Shown: positions 12,527-23,950 of the stretch, piece by piece
How positions within the stretch are numbered: the first letter of the stretch is position 1
Layout of the letters: every line of letters begins with the position of its first letter
From: Selaginella moellendorffii
Lineage: Eukaryota; Plantae; Lycopodiophyta
Length of the DNA: 64,000 bases
Reading direction: 5' to 3'
NCBI RefSeq assembly: GCF_000143415.4
Contig: NW_003314263.1
Location: forward strand, 2,544,041 to 2,608,040
Notes under the pieces: generated by a model
Database searches by the model: none
Told to the model about the DNA's origin: nothing
Seen by the model: the letters and a program-made list of their open reading frames with translations, nothing else
Made by a program: the position numbers and the translations under genes

Positions 12527-12680
12527 GAGGAGTTGACCCGCAAAATATTACGCTTGAGCTGTCCGTATCAAGGCCGTTGGATTTGCACGTTACCAACTGG
12601 CGCGAAAATCCAGCGAACGGATATTTGCACTTTTAGGGCTCTTCAATTTCTAGGGTTCTTCGCGAAGAGAGGGAAGGAGG

Positions 12681-14307
12681 ATGAGGGAGATCGTGCACAT
12701 CCAGGCTGGGCAATGCGGGAACCAGATCGGTGCCAAGTTCTGGGAGGTGGCCTGCGACGAGCACGGCATCGATCCGACGGGGACGTATCACGGCGACTCG
12801 GATTTGCAGCTCGAGCGGATTAATGTGTATTTCACCGAGGCGACGGGCGGGAGGTATGTTCCCAGGGCGATTCTCATGGATCTGGAGCCAGGGACGATGG
12901 ATAGCGTGAGATCGGGGCCCTATGGTCAGATATTTCGGCCGGATAATTTCGTGTTTGGCCAGACCGGGGCCGGGAACAATTGGGCAAAGGGACACTACAC
13001 GGAAGGCGCGGAATTGATCGATTCTGTGCTGGATGTGGTGAGAAAGGAGGCGGAGGCTTGCGATTGTATGCAAGGTATGGAGTAGAGGACGATAAAAAAG
13101 AGGCTTTTGGTTCGTTCCGAGTTCTTCATCGGCTAGTCGGGCAACACAGCATGAATGGTTTCAAGTCAGAATCACAGGTGGAACTTCCTTTCCCTGCTAA
13201 AGAATTTCTTCGTTCTTCTTCCCTTGTCAATCTCTTCTAAACGTTTCTCTAACTCTGTGATTTTTTTCTCCAGGCTTTCAAATCTCTCACTCGCTGGGAG
13301 GTGGCACGGGTTCTGGGATGGGAACTCTTCTCATATCAAAGATTCGAGAGGAGTACCCTGACAAAATGATGCTCACGTTCTCGGTGTTTCCGTCGCCGAA
13401 GGTGTCGGATACGGTGGTGGAGCCTTACAACGCAACGCTCTCCGTCCATCAGCTAGTGGAGAATGCCGACGAGTGCATGGTGTTGGACAACGAGGCTCTC
13501 TACGACATTTGTTTCAGAACGCTCAAGCTCGTAACACCGACATGTAAGACTATTTCTTTCTTGTCCCTTGGACTATTTCTTGCTTGTCTCTTTTCTAAAC
13601 TTTTTTTTTCAATTCCAGTTGGCGATTTGAATCACCTCATCTCGGCAACAATCAGCGGCATAACTTGCTGCCTCAGATTCCCTGGCCAACTAAACTCCGA
13701 TCTACGCAAACTGGCCGTCAATCTCGTCCCATTCCCGCGGCTCACGTTCTTCATGGTCGGGTTCGCTCCACTCACATCAAGAGGCTCGCAACTCTACCGG
13801 GCACTCACGGTCCCGGAGCTGACGCAGCAGATGTTCGACGCCAAAAACATGATGTGCGCGGCCGATCCCCGCCATGGCAAGTACCTCACAGCCTCAGCAA
13901 TGTACAGAGGCCGGATGAGCACCAAGGAGGTGGACGCGCAGCTCCTCAACGTCCAGACGAAGAACTCCTCCTACTTCGTGGAGTGGATCCCAAACAACGT
14001 CAAGACGACCGTGTGTGACATCCCGCCCAAGGGGATGAAGATGGCGTCGACGTTCATCGGAAACTCGACTGCGATCCAGGAGATGTTCAAGCGTGTTGGG
14101 GACCAGTTCACGGTGATGTTCCGGAGGAAAGCGTTCCTCCACTGGTACACCGGCGAGGGGATGGACGAGCTGGAATTCACCGAGGCCGAGAGCAACATGA
14201 ACGATCTGGTGTCCGAGTACCAGCAGTATCAAGACGCGAGACCCGACGATGAGGGCGACTATGGGGAGGAAGAGGAGCAAGAGGGCGAGTACTCGCAAAT
14301 GTCGTAG
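12681..14307 (+). CDS. TUB: Beta-tubulin (divergent isotype); exons 12681-13074, 13274-13543, 13619-14307
   Basis: MREI N-terminus, [21 protein letters not shown], acidic tail. Two GT-AG introns at the usual plant beta-tubulin positions. Confidence 0.97.
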
Positions 14308-14520
14308 AACAGAGATTACTTTGTGTGTTTCGATTGGGGTCGCGCAAGCGACCATCTTCGAGTAAACCCAATGAAATCCTTTGCTCCCAGAAATTTGGAA
14401 TTTTTAAAGCCGAATATTCTGGTTTTGGCGGGTGATTTGAAAGCGGCATATTCTGTTTTGGTGCTCTTAGGGCTCTTGAGCTTAAAAGCCCTAAAGTTTT
14501 TGAGTGTGGGAAAAGAAACG

Positions 14521-15171
14521 ATGGAGGGAGATCCCGCGAGCGCGCCCAGGGTAAAGGAGCTCCTCCACGATCTGGTGAGCATCTGCCGCTCCTCTTCCGA
14601 TGCTGCGTCGGTGCCGCTGCTCACGGATCACGTAATCTCGGATTCCGGCGAGCTCTTGCCGTCTCTCCAGAAGCTCTCGGGGCAGATTGTGCCGATGGTA
14701 AGCTACATTGTGGGTTTTGTGCTTAGTTCCTTGGTTTTCCTTTTTCCCGCGCAGATCCAGCTCTATCAGGAGAAGAGGCAGCTCCTTGCAGCCTCTCCAT
14801 TTCCTCAAAAACTTATAGAGAAAATCGAGCAACTCAAGGACGGCGGGTATGGGAAGCTACATTGTTGCTATTTTCGTTTTGTTCTCCTTTCATACTTCCT
14901 TTCCTGGCGATTGTTGGTTTTTTTTGTTTTGTTCTCATTTCATTCTTTCTTTCCTGGCGTTTAAGCGGTATTTTTCTCTTTTGTTTGTGTTTCTTCAGGG
15001 CTCATGGACTTGATCGTTACCTCTGGCTGGTGAGCCAAATTCTGGCCGACCCCGACTTGAAGAAACTGGTATCGTTGGATCGTGCTACTGGGGAAAGACA
15101 CAGGCCTTCTCTTGGAGACTTTGAGGTGACTCTCTCTCTCTCTCGATTCTGGAGAAAGAACTTAACCGTCC

Positions 15172-15205
<34 letters not shown>

Positions 15206-18200
15206 TCTGGAAAAAGAACTTAATCGTCCTATTGCACGTGTTAGTCGCCAGCACCGACTCTACCAAGTGTGGAACAACGTATAACACGCAGCGGCAGAGA
15301 AAACCGGGATGCCTCAGTTACTGCAAATGGAGTTGCGAAGAGTCTTAAGAATCTTTCCATTCCTGAATCAACACAAAATCAGCCAACAAAGCCATTGAGT
15401 AAGTGGTTTATCTCTTCTTGTTTCGCTCATTTAATCATTTATTGAACAGAACATGTGAAAAAAGCAAAGCCTCTGATCGAGGGAGTGTCGTTCCCCGCGA
15501 CTCCACGCTGGAACATAGACAGGCCATATCTGACTGGTCAGTTTGTTTACGAGGTAAGCATGCTGTTAATTCTCAAAGACATGCTTAATAGGCTTCTTTT
15601 CTCTTGCAGGAGGAAGTTGTAGAGTATTCCAAAAGCCTGATCAAAGGTATCATCACGGAACGAGATGCTTTAAGGTTTGTTTGGTGATCAATGACTAACA
15701 TGTATATAAAGTCTGATTTTATTTGTAGCAACGATGGTGACCGGGCTATAGGCCTATTTGCACCTTCTGTGCAGGTACACTGTCTTCTTTTTAAACTAAC
15801 GAGAACTAACGAGGCTTTCAGGAGCTACTTGTGATTGATGATCTGCTCTTTGCAATGGTTGGCATCGAGGGAAAGAGTATTCGCATTACAAGAGAAAAAT
15901 CAAGAGACAAGGCTCTAACGTTTCAAGTTGATCCCTCAATGGACTTGTCAATACAGGTGTTTGTTTGTATGTAGTCCTTTACACTAAATCTCTTTTTCTT
16001 TTCTGTATTCAGGAGCTGACAAAGAGAGTTTTACCTCTCTGTGAGAACTACATGGTAGTCAGCCAATTCAACGAATCAAGGCTGCAATTTAAATACGGGC
16101 TGGTGAATCACGCGTTTGCTGCAGCTTTGAGAGCAATCTTGCAGGTTTTGGATGATAGCTTATATTGCTTATGTTTGAGCTTTTGTACAGGACTATCACG
16201 CCATGGTAGCACAATTGGAGCACCAGTTTAGACTCGCCAGACTTTCGCTTCAAGGTTTATGGTTCTTTTGCCAGGTAATATATTCTTTTGTCTTTGCGTT
16301 TGATGGGCCGTAAACTTTTTTAATAGCCTATGATGGGCGCAATGCAAGCTTTGGCCGTCGTTGTTAGAAAGGCATTTTTTAAGAGCCTTTCAGGAGCTGC
16401 CGTATTAAATCTGCTTCAAGGCCAGGTACTTGCTATGAGCTTGGCTGAAAATCTTCCTGATATGTCTGTATTCACAGGCAGCCGCGATTGCTGGAGATAA
16501 TGCTGCCAGAACATTGCTGCAGAAACTCACTCAAGCTGCAAGTGCCCCGTATTTTGGAATATTGGAGAGGTAAGTGATACCGGTTTTTTAGGCCTGTATG
16601 TGATAGCTTTTCTAGGTGGATACACGAGGGAGTCATTGACGATCCTTATGGAGAATTTTTTATCGACGAGAACAAGGCGCTGCAGAAGGTTGTTCCATGT
16701 TGTACTGGTCAAGCACGCGTTTCCAACAATATCGTTGCAGGAAAGCCTTAGCCACGACTTCAATGCCACGTACTGGCAACAGCGATACAGCTTGAAAAAT
16801 GACGTTCCTGGTTTTCTTGCGTCCGCGGCTGAAAATATATTGACGACGGGCAAGTACCTTGATGCGATTCGGGAATGCGGTCAAAATGTTCGGGTATGGA
16901 CCTTGTAATCAAGATGGATTCGACGTTGTTTAATGCAGATACCTTTCTCTGAGGATGCTAAACTCACGAACTCTGGATCGAAGCGGCATTACCTAGATAA
17001 AATAAACGTTGCATACAATTTCGCGAGTGCTGAGCTCTTGAGTTTGATTGTGCGAAAGGTGAGTTTTCAGCGCAGGAAAATTATGGACTATAACCTGTCT
17101 CTGTGTTCTATGCAGTTTGATCTCATGGGAAGGCTGCGGTCAGTGAAGCATTACTTTCTTTTGGATCAGGTAGCTCTTTAGTTTTTGCGATCAATATGCA
17201 CGTTCCTGACCTCCTGACCTTGCAGGGTGATTTCCTTGTCCACTTTATGGATATTGCAAAAGAGGAGCTTGCAAAACGACCTGTTGCGCTGTCGTTGGAA
17301 AAACTGCAGGTTTGTTCTTTTTATCTCGAAGATCTCATTTCAGCTTCTTGTTCTGCAGTCACTTTTGGAGCTTGCACTGAGAACCTCCGTTGCTGCGAGC
17401 GATCCGTACCATGAGGATCTTACGTGCAGTCTGGTGTGACGAATTCTACGTCTTTGCAAGTCCTGTCTAATCTATCTTTCCAGGAAAGATCGTCGTTGAT
17501 GGTGCAGTTACAAAGTTTTATGAAGAACGGAATTTTGAAGATCGATTCTCCTTTAGAATCCAACTCAGAGCCTGGCAGCATGACTGGTTTGGAGACCTTC
17601 ACTCTTGACTATAAGGTACAACGTATAATAAGTTTCCTTTGTCACTAAAGCCGTGCCACGTCTGTAGACGCGGTGGCCCTTATCCCTCGTGATTTCAAGG
17701 AAGGCTCTCACAAAGTACCAGCTAATTTTTCGTCATCTCTTTCATTGTAAACATGTAGAAAGGCAACTCTCTGGCACCTGGCAAGCCCATCAGGTATGAC
17801 AAGTATTAAGCAACAATTCGTATTGTTAACCTTCGTTTGCAGGCGACTCGTGGCCTTGACTTTGTTGGACATTCAATATCAAGATCGTACGTACTTTGCC
17901 AACAAATGCTGCATTTTATGCAGAGCTTCGAACATTATATGACATTCGAGGTTTCAATCGTAAGCTTTCTGTGTGGAATCTTAGTCCTTTTGCAGGTGCT
18001 AGAGCCCAACTGGCATATCATGGACACTAAACTCCAGAGTGCTAAGAGTATTGACGAGGTTCGCCGTTTCCTTTCCTCTGATTATTTTACACATACCCAC
18101 TGCTTTCAGGTCATTCAACTACACGACTTTTTTCTGGACAAGTGTTTGAAAGAGTGCATTTTGTTATGGCCTCACATATTGAAGGTTCTTAGTTTTATCA

Positions 18201-18585
18201 AAGTTTTTCATTGTGCTTATCTAAACGTTCGATTTTTTCAGAGCGTGGAAAAGCTGAAATCCCTCTGCCTGCAGTATGCAACAGCAATACAATGGCTGAT
18301 CCCATCACTCTACACGCTCGAATCTCCAGCAGAGATAAAAAAGACAAAGCGTTGTCGAGGGCAGCGCTTGCGAATGGTGAAAGACGGCGAGGATGCGAAC
18401 TTCAAGAACACAATCGGGTATGCGTGCCTTTCCTTCTCATTGAGAATTCTAACGTTCGAACTTCCAGGCAAATGGAAAACGATTTTCGGAAAGAAATGAA
18501 AGAGCTGCTAAGTCTTCTAAGTAGCAGCTCACAAACCGAGCCATACTTGGCACACTTGGCTCAAGGCCTCCAGGGACAGCACTAG
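14521..18585 (+). CDS. GCP2: Gamma-tubulin complex protein 2 (Spc97 family), many short introns
   Basis: Exon peptides [86 protein letters not shown] and YMTFEVLEPNW. Confidence 0.9.
15130..15234. repeat. (CT)n microsatellite inside a duplicated intronic unit
   Basis: (CT)n-CGATTCTGGA.AAAGAACTTAA.CGTCCTATT occurs twice in tandem in a GCP2 intron. Confidence 0.8.
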
Positions 18586-18662
18586 AAGTAAGTCCACTCT
18601 TCCTGCCATGCAAGCTTTATTAATTGGTTTTTTCTTCTCTAAGGGTCGTGAGTTCGACACCC

Positions 18663-19922
18663 ATGACGAAAAACTGGATTTCTCCTTGGGCTGCGACGAT
18701 CCAAGACCTAGCGAGGAAGGCTATGGAGTCCGAGGTAGCTGGCAACACCCCCATCACGCATTTGGCATCCATCAGCGAGGCGCTGAGCCAAGGTTTGCAA
18801 AATCTATGCCGGATAGACGAGGACAGACGTGGAGAGGTAGAGCAAAGGGCAGCATCATCTCTGGACAGCGAAGTGTGGTGCAATCTTCCAGAGCATCTCG
18901 TCGACACCGTCTTGGCATGGCTGCCACCCGCCAGCCTTTTCCGGCTCAGGACAGTTTGCAAGAGGTGGAACAGTGTGGTTTCGAGCAGGGCCTTCCTCGA
19001 CACTTGCTCCAAGATAAAGTCCCGGCTTCCATACTTCCTTATGTTCGCCGACCACTTCCACCGCAGAGTAGCCGCCGTCTACGACGTGAGCGTCTCGAGC
19101 TGGCACTTGCTACCGTTCTCCTCCTTCATGCACTGCCGGTTCCCGGAGTCGTTTCTAGTTCTAGCAGCAGCCGGGGGGCTGCTGTGCTTGGAAGGCACGG
19201 GGTCGCAAAGCGGAACTATGTTCGTCTCCAATCCCATCACTCGGGTCTACAAGAAGCTCCCACGGATGATCGCGATGAAGTCGCCTTACGTGGTCGGGAT
19301 GGTGGTGGACGACGAGATGAAGTCGTATAAGATCTTGGTAGCACAGGACGGGGAAACGCTAGCGTCGCAAGTCTACGATTCCTCGACCAACAGGTGGAGC
19401 TTAACAGGAGTTTACCACCGGAGGACCGCCATCCTCGCCGGTGCTACGTTCTACAACGGGCTGCTCTTCTGCTTGACGTTCTCGCCAAACGGACTGCTCG
19501 CGTTTGATCTGGAGAGGGGGCAGTGGCTAGAGGTGAAGCTGGCGCTGCCACCATCGCTCAGCTGTCCGAACCTCATGACTCACCAGGACAGGCTGCTACT
19601 CATCGGCGGGATCGAAGAGCTCGGCAGCCTCCAGAGCGTCCACGTCTGGCAGCTCCATCCGACCAAGCCCGAGTGGATGGACGTGGAGAGAGTCCCGGAC
19701 GAGCTGTTCAAGAGGCTGTTCACGTCCTCGTCGGGGCACTTCATCTGCGTCGGGCAGGGGGACTTTATCTGCCTGCACGAGTACTACTCGCCGGAGATAC
19801 TCATGTATGACATCGTCAGGAGTTCGTGGCAGTGGCTACCGGGGTGCTCGCTCAATGACAACATCGAGGCTAGATCGGTGCTGGGCTTCGCGTTCCAGCC
19901 CCGGATCGAAGCAGTGCCTTGA
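18663..19922 (+). CDS. F-box protein with C-terminal kelch-like/F-box-associated domain
   Basis: F-box WCNLPEHLVDTVLAWLP...LFRLRTVCKRWN, followed by GGLLC, VSNPITR and FAFQPR. Start is ATG 18663 or 18723. Intronless. Confidence 0.9.
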   Translation: MTKNWISPWAATIQDLARKAMESEVAGNTPITHLASISEALSQGLQNLCRIDEDRRGEVEQRAASSLDSEVWCNLPEHLVDTVLAWLPPASLFRLRTVCKRWNSVVSSRAFLDTCSKIKSRLPYFLMFADHFHRRVAAVYDVSVSSWHLLPFSSFMHCRFPESFLVLAAAGGLLCLEGTGSQSGTMFVSNPITRVYKKLPRMIAMKSPYVVGMVVDDEMKSYKILVAQDGETLASQVYDSSTNRWSLTGVYHRRTAILAGATFYNGLLFCLTFSPNGLLAFDLERGQWLEVKLALPPSLSCPNLMTHQDRLLLIGGIEELGSLQSVHVWQLHPTKPEWMDVERVPDELFKRLFTSSSGHFICVGQGDFICLHEYYSPEILMYDIVRSSWQWLPGCSLNDNIEARSVLGFAFQPRIEAVP

Positions 19923-20224
19923 GACAAAGCTTGGGATTCTACGATCCTTGGAAGTGGAGGAGTGAGAAGAAGTTTTTGGGAGAACAACGAAGTAGTGAAG
20001 GTGGAAGAAGTTTTGGAGGCGCTGATGGTGGAAGAAAGTTTTTTTGGAGGCAACGTTTTGTGGCAAAGGTTTTTCTTTGGTCTTTTTCTAATGGTCAAGA
20101 GAATATTCGAAAGTTTGAAAGTTTACATAAGAGTGTATATTTATTCTAACTTGTTTGCGAGCTGCGTGTCAAGCGTCATATGTCGGTGTTTGTATTCCTG
20201 CGACTTTGCTTATGAATATATTCA

Positions 20225-21760
20225 AAGCTAAAAACGAAATGAGAGTGCCCCCATCACCTTACAAACTTGAGTCTCCAGATCATCCAGTTTTCCTTTCAGC
20301 TGCACTTCACCGAGAGAGAGACAACGAAAGGAAGTTACAATTCCAGCACGGGACCCGACCTTCGCAGGAGCTCTCTGTCTTCCTTGATAGATTTTTTGGC
20401 TTCATGTAAAGGCTCGCTCGATGATGGCTAACACAAAAACAATGCAATTCAATTTCAAACTGCGAGATCAGACAAATCGATACCTTCGAAACTCCACATT
20501 TTGTTGTAGCTGCTGTACTTTACTGAGAGACATTCGCAGGAGCTCGACGTCTTCCTTGATAAATTTTTCTGCTTCATGTGTAGGCTCGCTCAGCGATTCT
20601 TGTCGTTGATGCATCTCGCTAACACACAACAAATTAAATTCAATGTAAAACTCAGAGTTTTTTCTTTCTTTTTTTTTTTTTTGGACAAGATCGATACCCA
20701 TGAAACTCCGCAGCGATTTGGAGCAGTCCTTGACGACGATGTGGCGGTTCCCTTCCGGACTGGTCGCGTACTTGATTTTCCTGCGCGTTTGATCTGCATG
20801 TTACTGAGATCTTTCTTGCAATCTGCACAAGAGAGGTTAAATGCGACAAAGACGCGAAATGTTACCCGAGTCGCTGCAAAACTTCGTCTGGATCGGCTCC
20901 TCACAGGGAGGCCGCGGAAGTTGCTGGAAGCCAAGTGCTTGCTGGTGGTGGTGGTGGAAGCCATTGTCCTGGATTTCCTGGACCGTCGCCGTGGGGAACA
21001 TCTGGTGCCTCTCAGAAACGGATCTCGATGAATGGTTCGCTGTTCGTTTCCACCGAGCCCGAGGATGATCTCGGGGAGAGTATGTCTCGGTACGAGGGAC
21101 CGGTGCTGCCACTGGGAGTTGAGGCCGGAGGCATGAGAAACGTCCCTGGTGGCCTGCATAGCTTGCATGGCTGGTCGCCAGGAGATTGTACAAGCCAGTG
21201 AGAGAAGACTCTATGATGTTGGTAACGACGATTTTTTTCCATGTTCGCCAGCTTTTCCTGGATGACCACGAACATTCACGCACTCATTGTGACAATTGTA
21301 TATTACCTGCATTGTTATGACAGTATTCCACATGTTTGCGATATGTGTATCGAGTGTCTGCTTCTCCACGATCTGGAGCTCTGCCTTCCTGAGAAAACGA
21401 TTTGCTTGTAAACATGTTCTAAGCTAAATGAAATGAGAGTAAGAGTATGCCTCCATCATCTTGCGAACTTGTGTCTCCAGATCATCCAGTCTCTCGACAG
21501 GTTTTCCTTGCAGTTGCTGCACTTCACTGCGAGAAAGACAACGAAAGGAAGTTAGCTACAAACTAAAACGTTTCCAGCACGGGACCCGACCTTCGCAAGA
21601 GCTCTACCTCTTCCTTGAGAAATTTTATCGCTTCAGGTGAAGACTCACTCGACGATTCCTGTACTCATCTCACTCAGCACGAAACCAGAACTTGGAACGT
21701 CAAAGCTTACGAAAAATTCGACAAGCTCCATACCTTCGAAGGCCATCAAAGTCACCTTAA
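20225..21760 (-). other. Unidentified multi-exon gene or gene relic with internally duplicated exons
   Basis: 20225-20425 and 21421-21660 are diverged copies, and 20530-20620 is a third partial copy (ESLSEPTHEAEKFIKEDVELLR). Minus-strand splice-like sites and short CxxC peptides are present. No recognisable family. Confidence 0.4.
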
Positions 21761-21784
21761 GGATCTCTCGTGAATGACGGTGGA

Positions 21785-21915
21785 GGGCATATCAAAGATG
21801 TTCCAAGAGAATGTTTGAAGAGACCACAGCAGGATGTTCTCCGCATCTGCTGGCAAAATGCGGCGATGGGAGCAAAAGACCTCTTCTCATGCACAACCTT
21901 GCTCACTGCCTACTT
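21785..21915 (+). pseudogene. PPR repeat fragment
   Basis: GHIKDV...PQQDV and MGAKDLFSCTTLLTAY resemble the S-type PPR repeats of the gene at 5549. No continuous gene. Confidence 0.4.
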
Positions 21916-22047
21916 GTCGCTTATATCAATGAAGAGTTCCAATTTTTTTGGTCATTTGATTATTTTTTGTGTCCATATGCATTTCATCAAGCTGAATACA
22001 TATACTTAGTGCTGTGAGTTTCAAACACCTTGATTTTCAGGATTTGC

Positions 22048-22345
22048 TTACACTTTGGCCTTCATGGTGAAAGGAGCCTTCGGAGTCTTGGTGTGGCAAA
22101 GCGGCTTGCCATGCTCACCAGACCAATCATCATTGTCCTCTAGGTAAGGCTTTTCAGTGGTGGTCCAGACGGGCTTGTTGGAGGCGTCCTAGATGGTAAA
22201 CACACCGCAATCAGTCAGCTTGGCATATGAACCCTCCATCCAGGTGTTGGTATGAAACATACAGTCCTTTGTGTCATTTATGCCATCGTAAAGGCAACAG
22301 TTGCCATCCTCCCACTGCACACCGACACCAGCCACTCTTTCATGA
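22048..22345 (-). pseudogene. Bulb-type lectin-like pseudogene fragment
   Basis: Manual translation: VQWEDGNCCLYDGINDTKDCMFHTNTWMEGSYAKLTDCGVFTI*DASNKPVWTT... This follows the B-lectin pattern (QxDGN.LY, TNT, L.D.G...I.D....VW) with one in-frame TAG. Confidence 0.6.
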
Positions 22346-22489
22346 GCAACAAATTAACAAATATCAAATAGAGTAGCAACTTCTTTGTTAGCCTGTGATT
22401 GCAAACAATAGACACAAACACACTGGATGATATCATTTTATTGCGCTCAATCCAGGGTTGGACCTAAAAGCTCTAAGTTTGGGAGTGAG

Positions 22490-23950
22490 CTAGAAGGCAC
22501 TAGAGAGAGAGTGTGAGGAGGAGTGAGGGAAGGAGCACAGTGGACGGCAGCAGCAATGCACGTGCTGTAGCAGCAGCACACAGGGCTCTCCTCTTTCTCT
22601 TCCTCTCTTCTCTTGAAAGAAGCATCTCTGCGCTTGGGTCTTGATTTCTCCTAAACGGCTGGGAGTTTCTTTGATTCCTTTGTAGGAGTGGAGCACCACG
22701 TCCTCCTACAACAATGAAGTGATATTTGCCACAGATCTGGAGATCTTGCTTACCCTAGTTGTGGTAGCGGTTAGGGTTTGCAAGCTTCCACGATTTGGGG
22801 CTTTTGGTTCTAGGGGGAAATCAAGTTGTGGGAGTGATTGAAGTGAGGAAGAGGGACATTGCCAACGACAACAACCCTCCATTAGCTTCGTCGGGGCGGT
22901 TATGGCAAAGGACGGGCTTGTTTTCTCCTCTTTTTGCTTCTATAGTTTGGGTTTTGCTTGTTTTCTTGATTCAACATGGCTGGCATTTAGGGAGTGGCAA
23001 AAAGCACTCCTAGTGGCGGTGCTTCATTCAGATCTGGGATCCAAGATCTGGACGATCCTAGCTCGCACTCTGGAATTAGGGTTCTTGGGCAATAGCTAGG
23101 GTTAGGGTTTGCCCTGTTCTAGGGCTACGGTTCCTTGGCATGGGTTGCTGCAGTCTTAGAAGACTCTTAAAGCATCTCAATGGTGGATGGACAGTTGCAA
23201 AAGCTCTAGAAATGGAGTTTTTTTCTAAGATCTATGCGATTTTGCTTGCTTTGATGCATCACAAAGACAGTAGCGGTCAAGGATTGGGAGCTAGAGGTCA
23301 CTTTAAGGGTGACTTGGAGCAGTTAGGACTTGAAAGAGTTCCCAACTTTCTGGATTTTTTATGGAAGACCATACATGGTGTCTTGCTTTGAGGAAGATCG
23401 AGGAGGGGGGATTTTTGGAACTAGTGGTAGGGATTGTTGCCACAATTAGGGCTAGTGGCTAACAGGGTTGATTTGGTGATACACATGTAGGGGATTCATA
23501 TATCTTTTCTCCAACACCTGCTTTGGAGTTCACTCCCTTAGGAGGAGGTTTGTGACCTTTCTCTAGTCCCTATTGCAGGGCTAGGACTCAATTGAAGATG
23601 AGCTAACACACTTGTCTCGTATGGGAGGTAAGGTAGCACACTCTAGCCTTGAGTTGGAGGACGTTCATACCTCGCTTGGAGTTACGAGTTAGAGTTATGT
23701 TGCGACTGGACACTATTTTGGGCTTGGAAGCATGTTGATAGTGGAGTGTAGTTTTGCAGGTCATGGAGCGTAGCAGGTGGCTTCAAGTTTCGTGGTGGAG
23801 TCACCTAGGAAGTAGATGGCCCAAGAGCAGCACTAGGCATTCGTGCTTATGGAGTGTAGTAGGTGGCCTCTAGTTTTGCGGTGGAGGCACCTGGGAGGCG
23901 GACGACCCAAGAGCAGTGCTAGGCTTTCATGCTCATGGTTTTACTAGTTT
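22490..23950. mobile_element. Probable decayed retroelement-derived sequence, family unresolved
   Basis: No credible ORF. TGTAGGAG...CTCCTACA mini inverted repeat at 22681-22710, TAGGGTT motifs and a purine tract at 23390-23412. No LTR pair or TSD resolved. Confidence 0.3.
23763..23938. repeat. 86-bp tandem duplication
   Basis: Units begin ATGGAG at 23763 and 23849 and share CCCAAGAGCAG. Confidence 0.85.
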
